64,000 nt of DNA from Glycera tridactyla (taxonomy: Eukaryota), in the NCBI GenBank assembly GCA_965644265.1, contig OZ286468.1, positions 27,714,001-27,778,000 of the forward strand, in the 5' to 3' direction. The position numbers and the translations under genes are program-made. Shown piece by piece: positions 21,688 through 34,400 of this stretch; position 1 is the stretch's first letter, and every line of letters starts with the position of its first letter. The notes below the pieces were generated by a model, which was not told the DNA's origin, did no database searches, and worked only from the letters and a program-made list of their open reading frames with translations.

Positions 21688-23389
21688 ACGACACGAGCCC
21701 CGAAGGGGCGAGTGTCGTGTGTAGCTACGCACGCAAACGAGTGCGATCTGTCCGGCCATCCTTAACGCGAGTTTTGCTCTTATATTTATCACATGATCAC
21801 CTCTGGTGTGAATAGAGAATCAATACGAATATCAGACATGATATTCACCATGTAAAATGTTAGAAACAGAAGGAAATCGCTAGTTTTCTCCTATTCTGAC
21901 TAACGAGTCAAGTCTAGCCTATGAAATCGACACTCGACAACCGTCACACAAAGTATGTCGATTTCATGCTGATTTCAATGAGCAGGCAGCGGCGGCGTTT
22001 CTTGGATCTCAAGCACAAGTAGTCCCAGTAAGTGGAGTGTGGTACGGAAGCCAGAGTGTGGTCTGTTCAACCGTACCACACTCCCAAAATCCGGCCGTAC
22101 CACACTCGTCAGCGGTGGAGAACGTGTCCGATCATGTGATAATCTTTCATACCCCTCTCCGTCACTGAAAACGACACATCTGTGGTAGAAAAGGTACAAA
22201 GTAGATCTTTTGCTTCGCAGCGTCGTTTTCCGATTGAGGCTAGACCGGCTGAATTGGCTTCAGTAATGTCCGGTTCGGCTTCACACGCGCGCATCATGTG
22301 CGCTTTCAAGCACCGTTCGGCTGCTAAGCACTGCCCCTTTTCAACTTCAACTCTTCTCAGCCGTCCTCTTCTTCGCGAGCATGATGCGTAGTTCTCTCAC
22401 AGCCATCGATGTAAATTCACCCTCCTTTCGGTGGTGAAATGAACGTTTGCACAAGAATCTGAATCGTCCGACACGTTCATGTAGGTGTTCTGCATCTCTC
22501 TATTGATTTCTCGCGACTTGAATCGCGATGTTTGTAGTACAACACTCACAACCGAGCATGGTGAGATGTTTTTCAATGGCGCCAATTCTACCTGTAAATT
22601 TCGTCTCACGACTCTTCTGTTTGAACAAATACTGATTCTTTCGCAAATCCAAGATGGTGGATGTGTTTGGAAGGATGCTTTTCTCTTATGTGCCACGTTT
22701 CTGATGCGAATTCCAAATATTCGAGGTGCAGCGATTTTTCTTCCTTACGATGACCTGATCATCGCAGGCTTCTCTCGGGTTATTTTGTTTCGGAATTAGA
22801 ATACTACCGGGTGATATTCGAAAGGGACCGTTATATCACGGATACCATATTTCAGCATATTAGAGACTTTCATTTTGATGACGCTTCCTCTTTAAATAGA
22901 CTTGCACCGCCTGTGGAGGTGATAGTGAATATGTGAAGCTCATAAACTTGTTCATGGCCCTGGTCTATGAGAGCTATCAGTCCCCTGCAAGCATCACTTT
23001 AACAAAGCCTGAACATCAGATCATGGAGAGTCAAGTACCTCACACACAATACCGCACATCATCACTATATATAACACGATTATTTCCGATTGGAAAGAAA
23101 TAGAAACAAAAAAACAACTTGTAAATAGGTACATAATTTATTAACAATAAAGTTATACAGAAGCACCATCGGATGTATGTGTATGTGTACTCATGTGTTT
23201 GAACTGAATGATCACTAATTTGCTTTCCAAAGAAAGTTGAGTGGTATGGAATGTCGGTTGATTGGTTGGCTGGTTGGTCTGACTGGTTGGCAGGTTGGTC
23301 GATTGGTTGAATGGTGGATCACAGGTGTATCCGTAAGACTGGTCAAATCTCAATCAGATGCTACTGACTGTACACCACTCACCAGGAGA

Positions 23390-25500
23390 GCGGAGTCTCT
23401 CCTCTCACTCAAATACACAGAGAAATATCAAGCTGATCGTCTGACTTCGAACACTCATTATGCAAAGACAGGAAGGGAGTGGCTCAACGGCCATGTCCGA
23501 TTTGATTAATTTATGTACATGTATAATCAAAATCTTTTGGTTTCTCTGTATGCAGCATTATCACAAACAACAACACTGAGAACGCACGTAAAGTGCAATC
23601 TCACTAATTTCTGATAAACTATGCAAAGCCATGATCACATTATACATAGAGTTCGACATGTCTAACACTAGGGATTGTGTGTACTATATAAATCAGATAA
23701 TTGAAGCTGTATGCAGCACTCTCATCAACGATAACCATCGAAACGCGCACGATCTCATTTCTGGTAAAGCAAGCAAAGGTCCGATTACAATATACATAAA
23801 GTTCGGGAGGGAATCAATGGCATGTCTGAAGACGAGCGATTGTTTATACCATATAAATCAAATATTCAAGAGCCACATGCCTTGTCCTCTGTATGCAGCA
23901 CTATCACCAATACTAAACACTGAAAACATGTTTGGAGCCCATTCCAACTTTCGGTAAAAGTAACAAAGGATACTATGGCACAAGACAGGCAAAGGGCAGG
24001 CATATTGGATGACTCACAATCTCTAGTCTATTTCCACTATTTGTCGACTGATTAGTATACTCATCATATATCGCAATCCCATGATCTCTACAGTTTGTTT
24101 GTTTGTTTGTTTGTTTGAGTCCAACGTCACTTAAACCTGCTTGGGTTATATCGGACTGAGAAACTGAAAATGCTGAAGAAAAGAGTCACTGCCTGCCGGG
24201 AGCCGTCCCTACTCTTTGCGAAAGACAGCAGTGGATCTTTAACGTGCGTGGAGGAAAAGGCTCCTAAATACACGGCCAGCCTTTGATATCCCAGTCATCT
24301 CTACAGTATCTCAAGTATTTGTGACCTGATCTGTTTGAGGCAAGATTAAAAATACTCTGCATAAATTGGCTTTTTTTATGCATATATCTAGCTGCCCTCG
24401 ATACACACAGGAATCCATGGACATCTCTATAACCATCACATCTCTATCACGGGTATATCACTTAGACTGGTCCGATCTCATTCGGACAATACTGATTGCT
24501 CTGTACCTACACCATTCATCAGGAGAGCAGAATACTGTGCTCAAATACACAGAGAAACATCGAGCTAATTGTTTAACTTTGAACTCACATTATACGAAGA
24601 GAGTGAGTTTGTGGCTCAACAGCCATGTCCCATTCATGGATTCATTTTTGTATAGGATATAGATAACACAGGGGAGTATCAACCTCATTGTTCAACTTCA
24701 AACTCAATTTATACAGACAGCAAATTTGTGGCTCAACAGCCATGTCAAATTTGATGGATTGATATATGTATAGGATATAATTTACACAGGATCAAGCTGA
24801 TTGTTCAACTTCGAACTCACATTATATTAAGACAGTGAGTTTGTGGCTCAACGGCCATGTCCAATTTGATGGATAAATCTATGTATACGATATAAATAAA
24901 ATCTTTGAGAATCATATCTCTGGTTTCTCTGTATGCAGCTCTATCACCAACAATAAACACTGAGAACATATGTGGAGCGCAATCTCACTAATTTCTGACT
25001 AGCCATGCAAAGCCATGATCACAATATACGTAGAGTCTGACCAGGGCTAAATGGCATGTCTAAACAGCAGAAATCGTGTATACAATATGAATAAAAAAAA
25101 AGAGAGGTGAATGAAGAACTATCCCAAACAATAAATACTGAAAATGTGCATGCAGCCCAATCTTACGAAAATCTGATTGACCATGTAAATCCATGATCAC
25201 AATATATATAGAGAGTTTGAATTGGGCTCAACGGCATGGCTAAACACCAGGGACTGTTTATACTATATGAATCAAATAATTGAGAGCTGTATGAAGCACT
25301 ATCACCAACCCTCATCACTGAAAATGAGCGTGGGGCCCAATCACCAACTCCCCGGTAAACCACGCAAGATCATGATCACAATTCACATAGGGTTTGACTG
25401 GGGCTCAACAGAATGCCTATACACCAGGGATTGTATGTACTATATTAATCCAAAATATTTTAGTTGTATGCACCATTATCACTAACAATAAACCCTGAAA
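23390..25500. repeat. Degenerate tandem repeats downstream of the orphan gene
   Basis: ggctcaacggccatgtc-like words near 23481, 24613, 24728, 24845, 25226 and 25402, with other recurring blocks. Confidence 0.5.
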
Positions 25501-25748
25501 ACATGGAGAAGACCATATCGACTTGTGGTGAAATCGGCAAGTTCGAACACAAAACAGGCAACACGGGAGGCATTTGATTATGATCACTACAGTATTTCAA
25601 TCATTTGGGATCTGATTTGTTCGAGGCAAATATCAAAATACTTAGCATGCGATGTAATTTTTTGTTATCCGCTGATCTTCAAAACCATCACATCTTTATG
25701 ATACTCAATCACAAAGCGTGAACAATTGAACATGACTAACTCTTTTAA

Positions 25749-27801
25749 TTACTCTTGGCATTGATCACTGAGTGAGAATGCTTCAACTCTTGTGTAGAAA
25801 ACATCAGCTGTTAGGGCATCACTTGAGATAGGCTCAGCTTCAAAAGAATCATTCCCACTGAGGACAGATTCCACTTCTGAGACTAGTGCCAGACAATCAG
25901 AGCATCCGCTGAGCATACTGATGTTATCACCACCATCCCCCTTACTCTTCTCCCTCTTCAACAGACGCAGGACCCTATTCTTAGCGAGTCCAACATTCCT
26001 TCTCATATGCTCGAAAGCCCCCTGAACATTTCCCTTCAATGTTTTCTTGGGTTTGCTGCTAATCTTTGGCACTGGCTTATACTCATATACCTTTCCCATG
26101 GCTTCCCTCTTTTCCCTCTCATTCTGCTGCTCTCTGTCCCTCTGCAACTGCTCTGCTCGTTCGGCTTTGTCCATTTCGACAAGGGATTTTATCCATAATT
26201 GACGTTTTTCAACAGCATCAACCCCCATTTTTTGGGCCTCATTCGCTCTGATCCGACGTTTCTCTGCTATGAAAGCTTCTTCCTCTGCAATTGCCTTCTG
26301 GGCTTTGTGTTGCTTTCTAGCAGCTTTCTCGGCTTCTTTCCTCTGTTTGGTTATCACTTTCAGCTCCTCTTTCTGCTGTATCTTCTTGGCTTTTTCATTC
26401 TTTGCCACTTCTTTATCGGCTTCCTTCTGTTTTTTCCTCAGAGCTTTCTTGTTATTTGCGACAGTTTTCTTAGCTTCTTTCTTCATGGCCTTTTCTTTTT
26501 TTGCCACAGCTCGATTTTCCTGCTTTGACAGCGTCCTCACATTCACTGCTTCAGATTTTGCTGCTTCTCCCTTATGTATGTTGACTGCTTCATCATCAAA
26601 TTCTATGGATCTGATGGACATTGAAGAGCCTCCCATAAGAGCTGTGACAGTGTCAACCGAATTGGAGGAAGGAACTGGTGGGAGAAAATTTGTTGTAGCT
26701 GACTTGGAGATGACATCGCTGACACCATCCAATGCGATTGATGTGATGGACTTAGAAGATCCTCTCACAAGAGCTGTGTCAGTGTCAACCAACTTGGAGG
26801 AAGGAACTGATGGGAGAAAAGCTATTGTGGGTGACTTGGAGATGACATTCGGGACATCATTCAATGTTAGGGATTTGATGGACATAGATCTTCCCACCGG
26901 GGCTGTGTGAGTGTCGACCAAATTGGAAGTAGCAACTGATGAGAGAAGTGTTTGCGTGATTGACTTGGCAATCATACCGGTGACATCGTTCGATTCTATT
27001 GATGTGATGGACATAGATTCTCCCACAAGAGCTGTGTCCGTGTTGACCGCATTGGAGGAAGCAACTGATGGAAGAAAAGTTGTTGTAGCTGACCTGGAAA
27101 TGATGTCGGTCACATGATCCACTGCTATGGATGTGATGGGCATAGAAGATCCTCCCACAAGAGCTGTGTCAGTGTCAACCAAATTGAATTTGAAGGTAGC
27201 TACTGACGGGAGAATTGTTTGTGTGACTGACTTGGCAATCACACCGGTCACATCATTCGATTCTATTGATGTGATGGACATGGATTTTCCACCAAGAGAT
27301 GTGAGAATGTCAACTGAATTGGAGGAAACATCTAATGGGGAAAAAGTTGGGGTAGATGACCTGGAGGTGACAGAGGTTACCGAGGTCAAGGCTATTGAAG
27401 AGATGTACATTGAAGATCCTTTCAATTGTGTCAATGGTGCCATATCCTGGTCGACCACCCTGACTTTCTGTTCGCGCTCCTGGCTTTCCAAATCATGCTT
27501 GTTCTGATCCAACATCTTATGAACATCATACCCGTGCATTTCGAGGGCAGTATTCCTGCGGCGGAGCTCTGCTATTTCCTCGTGCAACTTGCGCTCATTC
27601 TCGTCATGCTTGTCATTCATTTGGGCCTCTCGTTCAGCAAATCTTGTTTCATAGCGCAGCTTGATGGTCTCTACAGTTGCCTCTTCCAGGCTCTCCACAC
27701 CCATGCCTTCTAAGCGCCTTTCCATTTCTTGCAATTTTGCGTCTCGCTCTTTGGCAGACTCTTCCAGCACATCCACATATTCCTTCGCTTCTTTGTTGCG
27801 A
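25749..27801 (-). CDS. Orphan coiled-coil / Ser-Thr repeat protein, terminal exon (2053 bp)
   Basis: Acceptor cttttgtttcAG|t at 27802 (phase 2), open to TAA at 25749. Encodes an E/K-rich coiled coil, about 6.4 imperfect 43-44 aa S/T-rich repeats and a K/E/A-rich coiled coil. Confidence 0.8.
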
Positions 27802-28445
27802 CTGAAACAAAAGTAATCATTCTGTCACCTCCATTGTAAGCTAGATGATTTCACATGACTTCCTATGAGCAGCAAACAAGCTATTGGCGAATATTCATGC
27901 TTGTTTTAGAGTAGGGAAAGTACTTATGGGCACATACTGCTTATTTTAAGCTCCCCAAATTAAGCAGGACTCCTCTATCAATTCATTTTTTCGTCCTTGT
28001 CCTGGCATGTTTTTTTCATATCAGTAATCACTCGATGCATAACAGAATTTGTTCCGAAATGTTTGTTGGCTCCCAAGAATGCATCATTATTCTAGTAAAA
28101 AAAATGCATCACTAGCGGTAGTAGTAACCAAAAGTGAATTTGAATCTTCAACACCTCACTATTAATATTATACATGGCACCACGGGCTGGCATCACATCC
28201 AACTCTGAACTTCCACCCCTGTGGGAAATTATAATGAAAAATGTCTCCATTGTATTGAAGGTGAACTGCTCCTGGGGCTGGCTCATCATTCATTGATTGA
28301 GTATCAGACCTCTAAGCAACAAGCATGCAAACCAGCAGTATGGTTCTACTCATTACTGGAAATTGAACAAAACTATTGGCATAGGTTTGTTTTTTCTGGT
28401 CTGTAATATATAGGATGATAAGAAAAATAATCGATCTGAACATAC

Positions 28446-28539
28446 TTGTTGGCTCTGTGGAGTTTGCCCATGAGTTCCAATAACTTCTCTTTCAACTCCT
28501 GTGCATATACACGCACGTTGGCGTTACTCATCGTAAACA
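28446..28539 (-). CDS. Orphan coiled-coil gene, internal exon (94 bp)
   Basis: ttttctttttgacAG|...|GTATGT. Phase 1 to 2 bridges the flanking exons in frame (VFTMSNANVRVYAQELKEKLLELMGKLHRANN). Confidence 0.75.
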
Positions 28540-29167
28540 CTGTCAAAAAGAAAACAGACTATTCAACTACAGGGATAGGATTGGCTAACAACAAGAATAA
28601 ACTTTGATATTCGAACACAGCAATCATCTTCACCGATGTATTGAACCATGTAGCAAAAGAGATGCATCTAGAAATTCCAAATTAGGGGCCCATTGGTCAT
28701 TTGAGGAGTTTTGTATCAACCCACAGGATTATGAATGCCATGTGTTCCTTGTCAATGAAAGCTATATGTTCTCTCCTCTTCAGAAATCACTCTCACAGAC
28801 CCTGATCTACCTGACCCTCAGTGCTTGTACCCCTGGACACCCCCTCATCCCCCTCTTATCAAGGTCGGATCTGGGTGTATGATACATCCGCTTATGTAAA
28901 CAGGGGAGTCTGTAGCAGGAAGAGGTACAGTCACTTTCATAATCATTTGACACAGACTCCTAAAATATGACCCCCTTTCATGCACCACAGGTTGCTCCTG
29001 GGTGTTTACAATTTCTCTGGATACTTAGCATTTATTGTTGCCGGACAAAGTTGTCTGATGTAATAGTGGCTCACGCCGGACATTGAGATGTCACGTAGGA
29101 TTTGTCCGACGGTCCGACGTGTTTTTGCTGAGGTGAAGGAAATTGATGGTTCGTTGGTTGAACCTAC

Positions 29168-29360
29168 CATCAAATTTGGGATCACGCATCTCTTGGGCGA
29201 TGGCATCCAACTCGAGATCGCCGTATACGCAGTAGCTGCTGGCAGACGTCAGTTGTTTCCTCGGCGGCAGCCGGGGAGGGACGTCGGCAGCTGGCGTGGC
29301 CATTACGTTCACCTGACGGAGTGGACGTTTTGTACGTCTGAATCTTTCCATCTCAGACAT
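29168..29360 (-). CDS. Orphan coiled-coil gene, exon with ATG (exon starts 29365)
   Basis: ccttctctatgtttcAG|tcacaATG, donor GTAGGT at 29167. The three exons sum to 2340 nt, i.e. 779 aa plus stop. Confidence 0.7.
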
Positions 29361-30089
29361 TGTGACTGAAACATAGAGAAGGAGGCATTAGATGGGTTGG
29401 TTCATTGTGGTTCGTTGCAGTATTTATGAGTTATCATTTACAGTTCTGATGACACAATAGTGGTGGTGGAGATTCATTGTGGATGAAAATAAATCATTTC
29501 ATCGGGTGAAAAAGATACAATTCAAATTCATTTGTCATGGCATTGATTTTCAATTTCGGTGCGCCAACTGGTTCAGTAAAATGCTTTATGATTCCTACAA
29601 CGTGCTTCCCAAATTGATGAAATTCTTTTCATTTTGCTAGAATCATTTCAATCCTAGAGGGAACCCAGATATATGTTATATCGTGACGTTCATACAGTGG
29701 TCATAGATGACAACATTCAAGACTTCACCTGCGATGAGCAGCTTGTCACAACAATTCCACACAAAACGTCACATGTCTCTCATGAATGTCCCGAGAGCGC
29801 CCAACAGTGTAATAAAAGGCTAAGCCGCTCCTCTTTTTTTCCATTTTTCTTGAAGTGATATGAGGGAAAACCACAACAAATACTGCCTCTGTAGTTTTGC
29901 TTTTAACCGTTTATTTATATTCGTCATATACAATCAAATGCACAGGCATACATCTTCAGGATGACGACAAAAACACATAAATTCAACTACGACATAATGA
30001 GCGCTGGTGATATTTACAAATGATGGTGAGTGACGATGAATATGAGATGAGTGAAGGTGAGAGGTGATGGACCCTTTTCAACTATTGTT

Positions 30090-30900
30090 ATAGCTACACT
30101 CGGCAATCAGATTCACACTAAATCAATCTTAAATCAAAAATCAAATATCAAAACACAGAATCCAAGAACAAAATTTGAACTAAGACAGTCAAAATCAAGA
30201 ATCACTCAAACAGCATTCAAAATCAGCAATCAAGTTTCTAAGTCAATGTCATAAACGTGAACTGCAAACCAAAAACCAAAAATCAGAATCATCCAAAGAT
30301 CAACCAAAATCAAATCAAAGTCAAATCAGATCAGAAACTAAACAGAATCGAAGTCAAGATTTAGATTCAAAATTCAAACTTCAGAATCATCGTTCAAAAT
30401 TAAAGTTCAAAATCAAGGTCAATATTAATAAATCATGAGTTTTTAAGTTTAACTTCAGCTTTAGTCGTTGTCTAATCAAACTTAAACTAAGAATAAAAAC
30501 TTAAAATAAAATAAAACTTGAATTTCTAATTAACTTAAGTTTACCATAGATTTGGATCAAGAAAATCAAGTCGAAATCAAAAATCAAAAGATCAAAAATC
30601 AAAAGATCATAAGACCTGAAAGTCAAGATCAGAGGTCAAGATCAGGATCCACACTAGACCAAATCAAAAATTTAATTCATAAATTAGATTTTACTTCATA
30701 AATCCAATTTTTAGAAATCAAACTTTAGAAATCGAAATCGAAAACTGAGTCAAGTGCTATTTCAAATACCAAATACCAATTCTGCTAAATTAAAGATTCT
30801 AGCCAATGTCAACAGTCATAAATCAAACAGCAAAAATCAAACCAAAATCAAAATAGCAAAAATTCAAGAACCAGCGTGTATCAACTATAAAAATGAAAAT
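30090..30900. repeat. Strand-asymmetric A-rich low-complexity tract (degenerate AAATC/TCAAA units)
   Basis: Repeated tcaaaatcaa/aaatcaga words; G-poor on the plus strand. Confidence 0.6.
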
Positions 30901-31174
30901 AAAAGTCAATGACATATCTCAGAGAAATTTCTATCAGCTTCGTGGTAACACATATCAAATACAAATCAAAGGGATATATAGTTGAGTATCCTTCCCTCCC
31001 ATCTTGATAAGGAACAAATTCATCGAGGAATGGGCGTGAATCTTGCTCCCTGGTTCCCTGTTCCCAGGTTCCCCCGACACCGAATTCATCATCGGCGTGA
31101 TATCCTGGGCGCCGTCACGCATTTCGACAGGGACCACCAGTCCACAAGCTTGACTCTGTTTGAAATTGACTTAC

Positions 31175-31343
31175 CCAGCAAATCACGCTGCCTTTGGATC
31201 ACGAACCTCCGAAAGATTAGATTTACGAAGCAAACGATATGATTTCGGTACGAATTCCACCGATGAAATACGATTCCGATTGAGAATACGGCAGCGACAA
31301 GTCTGTCCTGCGAGCGTCGTCTTCTCCTGTCTGTCGTTGTCAT
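31175..31343 (-). other. Probable first exon (5' UTR or in-frame N-terminal extension) of the orphan gene
   Basis: Donor GTAAGT at 31174 in a CpG-rich region. The ATG at 31343 would be in frame with the 29365 exon. Confidence 0.5.
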
Positions 31344-31344
31344 G

Positions 31345-31425
31345 GCGCTCACGTCACGCTATTGTCAGGGTCACATGACCACGATACTTCACGAGAGGTC
31401 GCGGGGTCAAGGGGCGGGGCTTAAG
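31345..31425. promoter_or_regulatory. CpG-rich promoter: M-box/E-box (GGTCACATGACC 31369-31380) and GC box (GGGGCGGGGC 31411-31420)
   Basis: Motifs read directly, immediately upstream of the putative first exon. Confidence 0.5.
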
Positions 31426-34400
31426 GTAAGATGCCCCTAAAAATGATTTCAAACTTGTTAATGTCGATTTGGTGATAGTCTTCCCCTGGCGGCCCAGTCT
31501 CATGTTCCACGCCCCAACTCATCTCACTTTGACTTCACATGAAAAAAATGGATTATTAAATGAGTAATGCTGAAATATATCGCGAGATTGATCAGTGCAA
31601 GGGAATTAGAGTTCTGTCATTAACTATACGATGTATGTTGTAGTCTTGCAACGCCCAAAATTGAATCAAGCTTGTGAAAAACTCTGCATTTGTATCAGCG
31701 AAATGCAATATCCATGAGATCATTTTTTAACTTGTCTTTGAATCACCATCATATAGCTTCATTGAATTGTCTACAACAAAAGACGTGGCTCGTTTGGTTG
31801 TTTGGGTTTGATGGATATATCGGACTGAAAAACTAAAAATGCTGCAGAAAAGAAGCACTGCTGCACAGGGCCATACCTACTCTGCGAAGGACAGTTACTG
31901 CATACTGTCAGCATCTAGCCACATTAAATTTTAAACAAATTCGTTCATCAGCTAAGTGTATCATGATATGTACAATTATCTTTTGACTATGTTAGCATTT
32001 GATATATCTGTATCTTGTTCAATGCTTCCATAATTAGAGGTTTCAAACAAAGAGTTTGTTTCAGTTCAACGTCCATTCAACCTTCCTGGGTCATATAAGA
32101 CTGAAAATCTGAAAATCCTGAAGAAAAGGGGCACTACTGCCGGGGACGTCCCTGCTCTTTACGAAGGACAGCAGTGGTTCTTTAACGTGCATATAGGAAT
32201 AGATTCCCATACACATGTCCAGCCTTTAATATTCCAGTCGGCATGACTGGATTCCCACTCATTTTCACCTCCTACAACTCGTAGGGATACCTGGTGCCCT
32301 ATCTTTCCCTTTTAGCATGGCAAAGGTCCCAGGTACCTCACAGGGATTCAGACATGGACAAGGGCATTATAATTTGGCATCTTCGCCTTTTTCGCTGCAC
32401 TTGGCCTTCTTCATTCTTCATCTCAAATAATCCTACCTCAGTTGGAGCGATGTTGACTCAATCAATCTGCATTCTTTTTCACTTTTTGATTCACTTTCAC
32501 CGCCCTTCTTTATGGTCAATACCGAAGAAGTAGGATGCTTGTCAATATCTAGTGCAATCCACTGGATACCGCCTTCCATGAAGGCTTCTCCAGTATCTCC
32601 GCGGGCAGCATCTTGATGGGGTGCATGATATATGGCACAAGCTGTGTACGGACCCGACCCACCAAACTATATCCAAACAATAACTGGGTTGGCACCCATA
32701 TGTTTAGGTGCTTGTTCATACGACTATCAAAACATGCATGATTAGCTATGGTTCGTGATATGTCAATAGTAGTGCACTGAATGCACCGGTTGTCTGGTGC
32801 TCCCTCTCGTTCAGTTTAGTCTCATTATATCTGACCATCTGGTTAACACAATTAGGACTTAGAAGGATTCAGTATTATCCTTATTCATTGCGTGTACTGG
32901 ATGTAATACTATTGGACTCACAGCTGAATATTATAGTCGAGCCTGTCGACAATGGCGCTCTGTGAACCGGCATTGGAATTCCATATTAGTTGAAATATAG
33001 TCAAACTAGTTAGTTGATTGCTTGATTGTCATTATCAATGATTTTTGCTGAGGTTTCCATTCAACATTTAGTGATAATGGGAGCAATCCTAATTGAATGT
33101 TTCGATTTCATTTTGTCGATTTATATTTTGGGATATACATGTATATATGTAATATATCGTTTATGTTACACTGCTATTGAAATTGTATATGTACATTATA
33201 TTGTAATGTTGGCCATGGAAGAATGTAATTTGACCCCAGGGTCCGTTCTTTTGTGAATAAAAATAGTCAAAACAACAAATCTCAGTGAGGTACAGCTGCA
33301 GCAGCCTGTCAGGACAATCCCTGCATATGACCGCTGAAACATTTCAATGATTTCGTGCAGGAGGGCCCACTTGAATTCAAATCTCTGGCAGGGTGAGTTC
33401 CTGGACAGGATGTCCTCATGATGGCTTCTTCTCAGGTCGGAATTCCCATTCACATAGCATCTTGATATCGTGACGGATGTAGACCCTGGATCAGATGTGA
33501 TGGGTGTTGGATCCCGAAGCTCTTTCATGGATCAAAGTTGGATCTAGACCCACCCTCCTTCAATCTCCATGTCATAGTTACCTTCCTTTTTCACTTAGGC
33601 CCCACTCACTTGATGGTTCGCTTCATTGTACCTTTTTTGCTTCCTTCAAGTGGGCTGTTACTTTTTTCACAAGAAAAAGTGTATTTTCCACATATTTCGT
33701 ACGAAGGCATTGCTATGTAAGCATTGACATTTTGATATTCCTCCCCACCTATCAATTTTGGTACACATAACCTGCCATATTTTCATATCCGCAAGACCCT
33801 GCCCACCACAAGTGTGTGGATGGCATGTCTATACTTTGGATAGTTTTTGTTCTATTTTTTGTTATCACAAATGGCGGGGAAAGTCACCAGCTGGTTTTGA
33901 CAACCGAACCGCACTTGAGAAGCGGAATCCGTGAAGCAACAATTCTTTTCCGAGATGGATAACCAAAAGAAAAACACTATCTCTGATAATCCATTAGATG
34001 AATGTATTCTCCATGCTCTGTTTGTGTGATAAGGATGTAGGAATGATGAAATTATAGCGGATATTTGCCAAATGATGGGGAAATGATGAGTGACATCTGT
34101 ATATCCACCCACACCAAAAGTTTTTGAGAAATAGAAAAGGCATGATACACCTAAGCCACATCATCCCCGATAGTAACGGTTCAAACAAAATGTCCCGAGG
34201 CCATTGGTGGCTGTCATCTATAGACTGGACTCGCACCCTACCCAAAGTGTTACCCTATGGACGTGGGATCGGTTCACATGGCTTCCACTATGTCCTTTAT
34301 TTTGGCCACTGTATTAAGCAGTGAAAATGGGTTCAGTCCACTGGGCCTCTATTGTGTGTGTGTGAGGGGGGGGGGGGGGTGAAGAAACGTTTGGTTTCGT

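Larger units (their letters stand above)
14510..21781. repeat. Palindromic target element split by the YR retrotransposon (left arm 14510-14569, hairpin 21688-21718, right arm to 21781)
   Basis: Left aagagcaaacgagcgttaaggatggacaggcagatcgcacgagtttgcg is an imperfect reverse complement of right cgcaaacgagtgcgatctgtccggccatccttaacgcgagttttgctctt. Central hairpin ACGACAC-gagcccc-GAA-ggggcga-GTGTCGT. Confidence 0.7.

Noticed and set aside
21800-22900. CpG-rich region with short ORFs right of the YR element
   Set aside because: No recognisable domain or terminal structure.
26007-27713. Several plus-strand ORFs with hydrophobic stretches
   Set aside because: Antisense shadows of the repetitive minus-strand exon.
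32437-32666. AG/GT-bounded open segment on the minus strand (FGGSGPYTACAIYHAPHQ...)
   Set aside because: No recognisable homology and no in-phase partner exon found.
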